From: an uncultured candidate division Zixibacteria bacterium
Lineage (GTDB): Bacteria; Zixibacteria; MSB-5A5; GN15; FEB-12
Direction of reading: 5' to 3'
Length of the DNA: 64,000 nt
Assembly: GCA_963664195.1 (NCBI GenBank)
Contig: OY760907.1
Coordinates: 1,248,001-1,312,000, forward strand
The position numbers and the translations under genes were made by a program. The number at the start of each line of letters is the position of its first letter. The stretch's first letter is position 1. This document shows, piece after piece, positions 10,139-17,928 of this stretch. The notes under the pieces are model-generated. The model had not been told where the DNA came from, did not search any database, and worked only from the letters and a program-made list of their open reading frames with translations.

Positions 10139-10573
10139 TTATCGAGTGACTTTTTCACTGTGCGACTCGAGCTTGACCAAAGCAGTCTTGAATTTATCCA
10201 TATGTGACTGAAAGGATTCAGCGCATACTGAGCAGATTGCCGCCATTTTCAGTCGCCTTGGATCAACACGATTTTCCTCCAGGAGCGTCTGAGACCTTTG
10301 GATAACTTCACCGGTCCGTTTCGTACAGTCTGGCAAGTAAGCACAGTCCGTCCCATCGGCGGCTACGAACACTCCATCAAAGCCGGCGTTGATCGCATGC
10401 AGCACCCATGCCGGTTTTATACCGCTCGAGCACGGAACCTGCACTACCAGCACGGACGAGGAATAAGGCATGTGAGATCCGCCAGCTAAATCAATCCCGG
10501 GATCCGAGATATTGTTGGTTGAAAACACAAGTATTTTGGGTTCCCGACCCGTATCGGCTGTGTTAGATGTCAT
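10139..10573 (-). CDS. MvhD/FlpD-like iron-sulfur subunit, variant Cys pattern
   Basis: GIDLAG...Y...VPCSSG...AGFDGVFVA; TAATG overlap with tusA. Confidence 0.8.
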   Translation of the reverse strand: MTSNTADTGREPKILVFSTNNISDPGIDLAGGSHMPYSSSVLVVQVPCSSGIKPAWVLHAINAGFDGVFVAADGTDCAYLPDCTKRTGEVIQRSQTLLEENRVDPRRLKMAAICSVCAESFQSHMDKFKTALVKLESHSEKVTR

Positions 10574-10827
10574 TACTTCATCCTGCGTACGAATAGTCTC
10601 CAATGGCCGGCTTCCTCGATATTGCCAAGGTATTCATGTCCAATCTTCTTGCACCACAGCGGAATGTCATCATTGGTGCCTTCGTCTGATGAAAGCACTT
10701 CCATGATTCCATTCTTCGGGACTTCTGCCATACCACGCTTGGCTTCGAGCAACGGACCTGGGCACGCAGTACCGCGGGCGTCTACGACTTTACTGACATC
10801 CAGTTTTGCGAGCTCTTCTGTGATCAT
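10573..10827 (-). CDS. tusA: TusA-family sulfur carrier
   Basis: VDARGTACPGPLLEAKR motif. Confidence 0.9.
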   Translation of the reverse strand: MITEELAKLDVSKVVDARGTACPGPLLEAKRGMAEVPKNGIMEVLSSDEGTNDDIPLWCKKIGHEYLGNIEEAGHWRLFVRRMK

Positions 10828-10865
10828 CTCTTTTGTCTCCCAATAAAAACCTGTTGATAGTCAAA

Positions 10866-10899
10866 CTATCATATATGCGCAGGTATGCATATATGATAG
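10866..10899. promoter_or_regulatory. perfect 13-8-13 inverted repeat, probable ArsR-family operator
   Basis: CTATCATATATGC-gcaggtat-GCATATATGATAG between arsR and tusA; similar sequence overlaps the arsR promoter. Confidence 0.6.
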
Positions 10900-10909
10900 A
10901 AAAAAAATA

Positions 10910-11242
10910 CTACCGTTCCTTAATCAAACCTCTGGCTTTCTTACCTCGTACATCCATTCCGTCAAGCAGCATGGACCGGATCTCGGCACAAACTTTGGGC
11001 AACCTTGAATGAGTCAAGCGATAGTAGACGGTCTGCCCTTCCTGACGAGAAGCCACAATGTGACGCGAGCGCATTACCCTAAGGTGTTGGCTGATATTGC
11101 TATGGGGCACTTCAAGCGCATCGGCGATCTCGCCAACGCTCATTTCCTTCTTGGCCAGTAGCTCTACGATCATCAGTCTTTTGGGACTGGCGATCATCTT
11201 ACAGAACTCCGCATGCAGCTCGTATATTTCTTTGTCCTTCAT
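10910..11242 (-). CDS. ArsR/SmtB-family transcriptional repressor
   Basis: FCKMIASPKRLMIVELL...SNISQHLRVMR...RQEGQTVYYRL; start set at MKDKEIY. Confidence 0.93.
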   Translation of the reverse strand: MKDKEIYELHAEFCKMIASPKRLMIVELLAKKEMSVGEIADALEVPHSNISQHLRVMRSRHIVASRQEGQTVYYRLTHSRLPKVCAEIRSMLLDGMDVRGKKARGLIKER

Positions 11243-11276
11243 AATCCATTGCAACCTTTGTACGTATCTGCGCATA

Positions 11277-11305
11277 AATATATATACGTGCATTCGCATT
11301 GTCAA
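11277..11305 (-). promoter_or_regulatory. sigma70 promoter of arsR
   Basis: TTGACA-17 bp-TATATT. Confidence 0.75.
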
Positions 11306-11345
11306 GCAGACAATTGACTTTTTTGTCAAGAGAATGTCAGTTCAC

Positions 11346-11482
11346 TGTGACCAAGTTGTGACCACGATCGTCGTAGGTTATTGCATGATATTCAGCGATA
11401 TAGCTCAGTGGTGGTGGGGGCGATCAAATGATCCGGCCTGCTTATTGCTGTAACGTATTGATTGGCACATGCTTATATCAAA
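11346..11482. other. att-like region next to the tmRNA 3' end
   Basis: Direct repeats TGTGACCA at 11346 and 11357 (arm-type-like) and IHF consensus AATCAATACGTTA (minus, 11451-11463). Confidence 0.5.
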
Positions 11483-11846
11483 TGGAGGTGGGGGGAATCG
11501 AACCCCCGTCCGAGAATAATGCCAGGCCGTCGTCTACGTGCATAGTCAGTCTATATATTCTCGCTAAAATCGCTGCCGATTGACAGGCCACGACTAAAGC
11601 CAGTCTTTACATTTAAGCGCTGCTTAAAGACGTCGCAGCACCGAGTCTCCTTTATCGACGCCGTAGCCCAACCCTGAAGACAAAGAATCAGGTACGACGA
11701 GCTGCGCTAAGTACGGTTAGTACTAGGCAGCCATGGCGTAATCGTATTCGCCAAATATGTGTTTCGCCCGGTTTGTTAACGAGGCCCCAGACAACCCCGA
11801 CACGCTGACAACCCCTCACTAAACCCGTCGAAACCAGATCACCCCC
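11483..11846 (-). ncRNA. ssrA: tmRNA; tag peptide (A)GEYDYAMAA at 11752-11723
   Basis: 5' GGGGGTGATCTGGTTTCGAC, 3' GACGGGGGTTCGATTCCCCCCACCTCCA, tag ORF ending YAMAA-stop; 3' CCA not fully encoded. Confidence 0.97.
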
Positions 11847-11862
11847 ATGCTAGGCATGTTAT

Positions 11863-12132
11863 GACGCTTCGCGCAGGCACGGCCTGTTTCACCGCTTCGC
11901 GCCAACGGGAAAGCCCCAGCTTGAGACTCAGGCCTTGGTGCGGCGATGGCAACTGCAGGGCGAGTCGCGTCACAGCCAATCCCACCATAAATGGTGGGCC
12001 ACCAAAGCACGAGTTTCAGCAACGTGCGCCTCAGCCGGGAGCCGCCCGGTGCCCCACAGCTTGCTGTGGAATCCAAACCTGCCGGCTGCACTCACAACTC
12101 CTCTGCCGATCCCGCAGATATTCGCAAGCGTC
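11863..12132 (-). ncRNA. unassigned highly structured RNA candidate
   Basis: Nested long-range stems and six hairpins; G-U pairs favour the minus strand; lies between promoter/boxA and ssrA. Confidence 0.55.
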
Positions 12133-12186
12133 GAGAGATGATTCGTTCAGGACGAATCAAAGTAAGAGAGGTGTTACCTCTCCAGA

Positions 12187-12238
12187 TGTCAAAGAACAAC
12201 CATTATACATAATATAGCCTGTCGGCCGGAATATTCAA
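12187..12238 (-). promoter_or_regulatory. sigma70 promoter plus boxA-like antitermination element
   Basis: TTGAAT-16-TATATT (TATAAT also at 12202-12207), followed by TGTTCTTTGACA. Confidence 0.6.
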
Positions 12239-12462
12239 CCGCCAAGTCCTCAAACGCGAGAAAACTACAAAGGTTTCAGCCAACATTGGCCTACTCCCCT
12301 ATAACACGAAGTTTTGACCGTAGCGTGACTTCCTACTATGCAGTTCGTTAAACCAAGCAAATCCAACGACTTGCCGCAACTAACGTACTTGCAACAATTT
12401 AGACCAGTATCTGATATGGGTACAATATATATAGTACATAGAAACGCTTTGCATATAGCTCA

Positions 12463-12582
12463 GTAGGGTGGAACCCTTTAGCGGTTCCGCCGGAAAGAGA
12501 GCCGCCTGCGGCGACATCGGCAGAACCGCTTCGCAAGTGTTTTTTGAAACGGGGAAATTTGTGCATTCTGGTTCTGCCCTAC
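12463..12582. repeat. inverted GTAG-type REP doublet (REPIN-like)
   Basis: GTAG-GGTGGAACC..GGTTCCGCC on plus and GTAG-GGCAGAACC..GGTTCTGCC on minus. Confidence 0.6.
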
Positions 12583-12641
12583 AAAGACTGACAGACAAGT
12601 CTGTGAGCCGGTCGAAGTGTGGACCGAACAGTCCTTCTGCG

Positions 12642-13484
12642 CTATTGCTCCTCAGTCGCTTCAGCCGCCCCGGCACAGACTTGTTCCTGGGGCTCTACGG
12701 TCTGCCCGTCAGCCGGTACTTCCGACGGTTTGCCGTTCCGCTTTCTCAATACCTTCCCAGTCGACTTCTTCACTTTGGCCCATGCCTTGTCAGCAAGTTC
12801 TCCTTCGGCAACCTCTCTCTTCAAGACATCGCTCGAAACGATTTTCGCAATCTCGTCCGTAGCTATCTTGAGACCGGGGGCGGATCGACGGAGTTCTCTC
12901 CGGATAACTTCCAGCACGGCATCCGTTCGTATTATGGCACCGATGACAAATCGATTTACACTCTGAATACGCTCATGGTAGACTTCGATGGCTGCCTTCC
13001 CCAATCCTTCCCGACAGAGCAGAAATAGTTTGTCCTGCTCTTCTCCGTGACGGGGGTTAAGCTCGAGAATGTTGAAAGACGTCACGAGATCCCAGCTGAC
13101 AGGTCGTTCGAATTTAAGGCTATACACTTGCCAATCCACGCCGTTGGTTAGCACTACCCATTGAATGCCTTCGTTGACCCCATAATTAACGGCTTGCCGA
13201 AGGTGGTTTTCTTTGAGGTCAAGGCCAATTGCCTTTACTTCCACTAAGTATTTGACTTTGCCGTCGAGCTTCACGGCCAGATCACAGTAGGTGCCCCGTA
13301 TGGCTTGTTCGCTGGTAATTTCCGTATACTTGTCGAAACCGAATACCGTCGCCAACATGTCGGCTATGATGGTTACCGTGTCCGACTCATTGACATCGCG
13401 GTCCTTGGCGCCTTTCAGCACAGGCTGAAATCGCGCAACCTCTTTGCCAAGCCTATCGGCAACCTTCTTTGGAATCGCAATCAT
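12642..13484 (-). CDS. type I restriction enzyme HsdR N-terminal domain-containing protein (PD-(D/E)XK)
   Basis: NESDT...YCDLAV...LVEVKA...QAVNY...WVVLTNG. Confidence 0.85.
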   Translation of the reverse strand: MIAIPKKVADRLGKEVARFQPVLKGAKDRDVNESDTVTIIADMLATVFGFDKYTEITSEQAIRGTYCDLAVKLDGKVKYLVEVKAIGLDLKENHLRQAVNYGVNEGIQWVVLTNGVDWQVYSLKFERPVSWDLVTSFNILELNPRHGEEQDKLFLLCREGLGKAAIEVYHERIQSVNRFVIGAIIRTDAVLEVIRRELRRSAPGLKIATDEIAKIVSSDVLKREVAEGELADKAWAKVKKSTGKVLRKRNGKPSEVPADGQTVEPQEQVCAGAAEATEEQ

Positions 13485-14304
13485 TTGAATCTCCCCTTGA
13501 GTTTCGCATATTCTTATTCGTTGTCTTCCCACAATGCGGACAGACAGAGGCGTTCTTACGCTCAAACGCTTCCGAGAATCCCGATGCCAGTATCCCGGCG
13601 GGTAGCGCGAACAGTCCTATGCCGAGAATTGCTATTATGGCACCAAGTATCTTCCCGAGCGCCGTTATGGGATAGACGTCTCCGTACCCCACAGTCGTCA
13701 GTGTCGCCACCCCCCACCACATCGTCGCCGGAATGCTCGAGAATGCCACGGGCTGAACGGAGTGTTCAACATGGTACATGACGCTCGACGCCAGAATCAG
13801 CAGCACAACAACCGCAAAAACGCTTACGGACAATTCCTCACGCTTTGATTTGAGGACTCTTCCGAGCGTCTGCATTGCCTCTGAGTATCTACCGAGCTTA
13901 AGTAGTCTGCTCAGCCGTAAGAGTCTCAGAACACGAACAAAACGCATATCATACGGCAATAGAAGGGGTAGGTAGAAGGGCAGAATCGCCATAATATCTA
14001 CTATCAGCATTGGAGTGGCCGCAAATCGTACTCTACCTGTCAACCATCCTGAGTATCGACCGTCTTCATTGCATGTCCACAGCCTAGCCAGATATTCTAT
14101 CGAGAACACGATCACCGACAGAATCTCGAACCGGTCCAAGGCTGCGCCATACTGCTCTCGTATACTCGCCACAGTCTCCAGGATAACGGCGAGAACATTC
14201 GCAGCAATCAGTACGGTCATGAACAAATTTATGGATCGAGACCATCGGTCCGAGAGATCCGACGATTCTAAGATGGAGTGTAGTCGTTTCTTGATATCAG
14301 ACAT
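13453..14304 (-). CDS. voltage-gated-type potassium channel (ion transporter)
   Basis: S4 RVLRLLRLSRLLKLGRY, TTVGYGD selectivity filter, CPHCG tail. Confidence 0.93.
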   Translation of the reverse strand: MSDIKKRLHSILESSDLSDRWSRSINLFMTVLIAANVLAVILETVASIREQYGAALDRFEILSVIVFSIEYLARLWTCNEDGRYSGWLTGRVRFAATPMLIVDIMAILPFYLPLLLPYDMRFVRVLRLLRLSRLLKLGRYSEAMQTLGRVLKSKREELSVSVFAVVVLLILASSVMYHVEHSVQPVAFSSIPATMWWGVATLTTVGYGDVYPITALGKILGAIIAILGIGLFALPAGILASGFSEAFERKNASVCPHCGKTTNKNMRNSRGDSNDCDSKEGCR

Positions 14305-14435
14305 CTATTACGATGCTGCCTTGCTTCAATGCGATTCTTGACTCTGAGAACCCCGATCATGCAACCAACATGACCAATATAGATAGCTGGTGCTACTATG
14401 TCAAGCCCGAGAATCGCGCAACTCACTCCACCCCC

Positions 14436-16334
14436 CTACACCGTCAAGCGAATCCCCACCTCGATTGCCCGGTCCTCCGGAATTTCAAAAAACGCCGAGG
14501 CGTCAGAGGCGTTTCGCGACAGGTACGCAAAGAGATGCGCGCGCCATCGACTCATCTGCCTGCCGCTGTTAACAACGAGCTTCTCCCGGCCAAGGAAGTA
14601 ACTTGTCTGGTCAAGCGGCACGTCGTCCAGGCCCTGCCCTGATGCCAGCTCAAGTACGCGCGGTACGCTGGGAGATTCCATAAAGCCGTAAGAGGCCGTT
14701 ATCTGATGAAATCCGGAGCCGAGGTCTTCGATAAGCAACTTGTCTACATTGGGCACGCGAGGTACGTCGAGAAATGTGAAATTCAGCAGCAGCACGGTCG
14801 TGTGCATGACCTTATTGTGCTCCAGATTGTGGACCATGGCTACAGGCATGATGCGGGGTTGGCCGGTCATGAAAACAGCGTGCCCCCTGACTCGAGCCGT
14901 CTTCTCCTCCGTCATTCGTTTCTTCAACTCGGCGAAAGGCACCGTCAGCGCCCGCAACTCCTCGCCCAGAATTTCACGTCCTCGTTTCCAGGTGACCATG
15001 ACAAGCATGGTCAGGCCGCCCAGAACCAGAGGGAACCAGGCACCGTGCATGATTTTGCTCAGGTTGGCGGAGAAGAAACCCAGATCCACAACAAGGAACA
15101 AGGCAACCGGCAGACCTGCGGCAAGTCTGCTCCATTTCCATTTCTGCCTGGCAACAACATAGAACAGCACGGTCGAGATGAGCATGGTCGCGGTAACAGC
15201 GACGCCGTAGGCAGCGGCCAATTTGCTGGAGGTCTGAAATCCGATAACCAGACTAAGCGTTGCAAGCATCAGAAGCCAGTTCACCTGGGGAACGTATATC
15301 TGGCCGAAATGCTTCGAGGATGTGTGTACGACTCGCAGCCGAGGCAAATACCCCATCTGAATCGCTTGTCGGGTAAGCGAGAACACTCCCGTGATGACTG
15401 CCTGTGAGGCTATTATCGTTGCAAAGGTCGCGAGAATCACCATGGGTACCACCGCCCAGCCCGGCACGGTCGCATAGAACGGATGGTGGGCTTCGGCTGG
15501 ATTCGAAAGAAGCAACGCCCCCTGACCAAAGTAATTGAGCAACAGAGACGGCAACACGAAATAGAACCAGACGAGCCTAATCGGTTTGGTGCCGAAATGC
15601 CCCAGGTCGGCATAGAGTGCCTCCGCACCCGTCACCACCAGAAACACCGCGCCAAGGACGGTGAATCCGTGAAGGCCGGACTCCATGAGAAACCTGATGC
15701 CGTAGACCGGGGACAGGGCTGCCAGTACGCTTGGATGCTGGACCACCTGCCACAGACCAAGAACTGCCAGCACGGAGAACCAGACCAGAATCACAGGACC
15801 AAAGAGCTTTCCTATGTGGGCGGTGCCTCGATGCTGAAGCATGAACAAAGCCGCAAGAATAACCAGCGTCAACGGAATAACGTATTTCTGAAGCTCGGGA
15901 GCTATGATTCTCAGCCCTTCCGCAGCACTCAAGACTGAGATGGCCGGCGTGATCATGCCATCACCATAGAGCAGGCAAGAGGCAAAAACCCCCGCACCGA
16001 TAAGAAACAGGCGTCTTTTGGTAGGTGATCCTGATATGCCATGGATCAGGGCAGTCAGAGCCAACACTCCCCCCTCCCCCTTGTTGTCTGCACGAAAGAT
16101 TAGAGAGAGGTACTTAACGGAGACTATTATGGTCAGTGCCCAGAACATGAGCGAGAGTACGCCAAGAATATTGTCCTCGCTGGGAGCGATTCCATACGCG
16201 CCGTGAAAACACTCTCGAAGAGCATAGAGCGGGCTTGTTCCTATGTCACCAAAAACCACACCGAGAGCGGCCAGCGATAGCGCCGCGAGGGGCCGTTGAT
16301 CAGATGTTATCTTGTTGTTATTTGATCCGTCCAT
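14436..16334 (-). CDS. kup: KUP/HAK/KT potassium uptake protein
   Basis: GVVFGDIGTSPLY, ADNKGEGG, GAEALYADLGHF, YGFME. Confidence 0.97.
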   Translation of the reverse strand: MDGSNNNKITSDQRPLAALSLAALGVVFGDIGTSPLYALRECFHGAYGIAPSEDNILGVLSLMFWALTIIVSVKYLSLIFRADNKGEGGVLALTALIHGISGSPTKRRLFLIGAGVFASCLLYGDGMITPAISVLSAAEGLRIIAPELQKYVIPLTLVILAALFMLQHRGTAHIGKLFGPVILVWFSVLAVLGLWQVVQHPSVLAALSPVYGIRFLMESGLHGFTVLGAVFLVVTGAEALYADLGHFGTKPIRLVWFYFVLPSLLLNYFGQGALLLSNPAEAHHPFYATVPGWAVVPMVILATFATIIASQAVITGVFSLTRQAIQMGYLPRLRVVHTSSKHFGQIYVPQVNWLLMLATLSLVIGFQTSSKLAAAYGVAVTATMLISTVLFYVVARQKWKWSRLAAGLPVALFLVVDLGFFSANLSKIMHGAWFPLVLGGLTMLVMVTWKRGREILGEELRALTVPFAELKKRMTEEKTARVRGHAVFMTGQPRIMPVAMVHNLEHNKVMHTTVLLLNFTFLDVPRVPNVDKLLIEDLGSGFHQITASYGFMESPSVPRVLELASGQGLDDVPLDQTSYFLGREKLVVNSGRQMSRWRAHLFAYLSRNASDASAFFEIPEDRAIEVGIRLTV

Positions 16335-16493
16335 CGTCCAACTTCGTCTCCATGAAAAGAATGGTCGGACAACCGGGCACGATTGATTGCCCCGTCCCGA
16401 CCCTTACCTTCGCAAATGACAACGGCTATTATACATGAATAGAGCCGATGAGTAATCAAAAACTTCTCACGAAAAGAGACTGCTGAGAGGCCC

Positions 16494-17297
16494 TCAGAAC
16501 TCTATCGCGTAGACCGGATATGACTCCTCTTCGACAAAACACAAACGCTTCGCCAGCTTCCTGGATGGCTCGTTGTGTTCGGTCGTCTCCCATATCGGAA
16601 GTTGCCCGTCTTCCAGACAGATATCCAGCAAAGCCACTCCGGCCGCCGTAGCGTACCCCCTGCCGCGGTCGTCATTGTCAAACGTGTTGACGTCGATCAT
16701 AAACTCCATCCCGTTCACGAACCCGTTCGACCGACACTCGGAAACCTTCCGATCACCAACCATCAGCTCGATCCCAAACGATGTCCGGCTTTTCATCTCT
16801 TCCGGCACAGACGAAACACCCTGCGCACGTTCCGGAAGTAGCGGCAAGTCAACCAGGCGTGTCGTCACTTCAGAAGGCATCGTGTAGACAGAACGAAACT
16901 CCTTGTATTCCTCTACGTCCCAGCAGAACACAGATTCAAAATGCCGCTCGGCCTCAAACTCCTTGAGACACGCGTCAAGCGTTGCCAGCCATTGTGGAGA
17001 ATTGGCGGCATAGATCTCAAACCAGTTCTGTTTCATCTGTTTTGAATCCGGCATCACCGTTTCCCGGATAAACTCCGGCGATTCCTCGAGAAACGATCGA
17101 TTGTGTGCGTCACCCTCTATATACGCCCATCGGCTTACCGCCCATACGAGCGCGGTTTGAGGCTGGCTGCGATCATCGACGAACACGCGCCCGGGGAAAT
17201 CATGATTGATCACCGCCAGAGCCGCGACATACTGCTTGTGCCCTTCAAACAGGTGGGCTACCACCGGAAACTCAGAAGTCGTTAGTTCATAAATCAT
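16494..17297 (-). CDS. GNAT-family N-acetyltransferase
   Basis: RGRGYATAAG and N..SRKLAKRLCF motifs. Confidence 0.8.
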   Translation of the reverse strand: MIYELTTSEFPVVAHLFEGHKQYVAALAVINHDFPGRVFVDDRSQPQTALVWAVSRWAYIEGDAHNRSFLEESPEFIRETVMPDSKQMKQNWFEIYAANSPQWLATLDACLKEFEAERHFESVFCWDVEEYKEFRSVYTMPSEVTTRLVDLPLLPERAQGVSSVPEEMKSRTSFGIELMVGDRKVSECRSNGFVNGMEFMIDVNTFDNDDRGRGYATAAGVALLDICLEDGQLPIWETTEHNEPSRKLAKRLCFVEEESYPVYAIEF

Positions 17298-17348
17298 ATA
17301 TTGAGATACTCTCGTGCGAGTCGCATATTCAAGGACGCATCAACGACC

Positions 17349-17756
17349 CTAGAACACCAGTCGCATACCAAACTGGTTCACCGACTGCGGCTCGAAGGTC
17401 GCAATCACCCGCTGATAGTTCAACGACACAAAAGGCGTTATCGGTTTCACCAGCGACAACTCCACATAATGATCATCACTCAGGCCTGTCGTATAATCGA
17501 AATTGTAATCGGCAGTAAACTCGAGATTGAACGTCGTGAACAACTTGAAGCTGTTAATCATCACCAACTGAAGTGTCTCGCCACGATTAATACCGGCATC
17601 ATCGACGTTTTTGAAAAACGACACTTCGTTGGAAATCGGAAAAAACGCGAGTTTCCCGTCAGGGCTTTCCCAGGACGGAATGATTTGTGACTGTGCGGAC
17701 TCCGCACAGATTGCCAGCGATACTACCATGCAAACGAGCAAAACAAGCTTGCGCAT
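17349..17756 (-). CDS. exported hypothetical protein, possibly small beta-barrel
   Basis: Signal peptide, alternating beta pattern, C-terminal Phe. Confidence 0.65.
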   Translation of the reverse strand: MRKLVLLVCMVVSLAICAESAQSQIIPSWESPDGKLAFFPISNEVSFFKNVDDAGINRGETLQLVMINSFKLFTTFNLEFTADYNFDYTTGLSDDHYVELSLVKPITPFVSLNYQRVIATFEPQSVNQFGMRLVF

Positions 17757-17928
17757 GTGAGCCTCCTTACGTTATGTTGTTTCAAATCGGCATTGTTGTC
17801 TTCCGGGGAATATACCTGTAAAGCGAGCCACACACAACGCGGTACTGTTGGAAATACGCTGTACTCACGACAGCAACCGGGAAAAAACAAGACCGTATTG
17901 AATCGTATTCCGGGAGGAGAGACTCGTC

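Noticed and set aside
11394..11425. tRNA-like TAGCTCAGTGGT
   Set aside because: No D-stem closure, anticodon arm or TTCGA T-loop follows
11863..12132. Assignment of the structured region as SRP RNA, RNase P RNA, group II intron or hammerhead
   Set aside because: Lacks the SRP helix 8 motif, GAGGAAAGUCC, domain V and CUGANGA cores; left unassigned
11819..12217. ORFs overlapping the region upstream of ssrA
   Set aside because: No RBS or protein-like features; better explained by RNA structure
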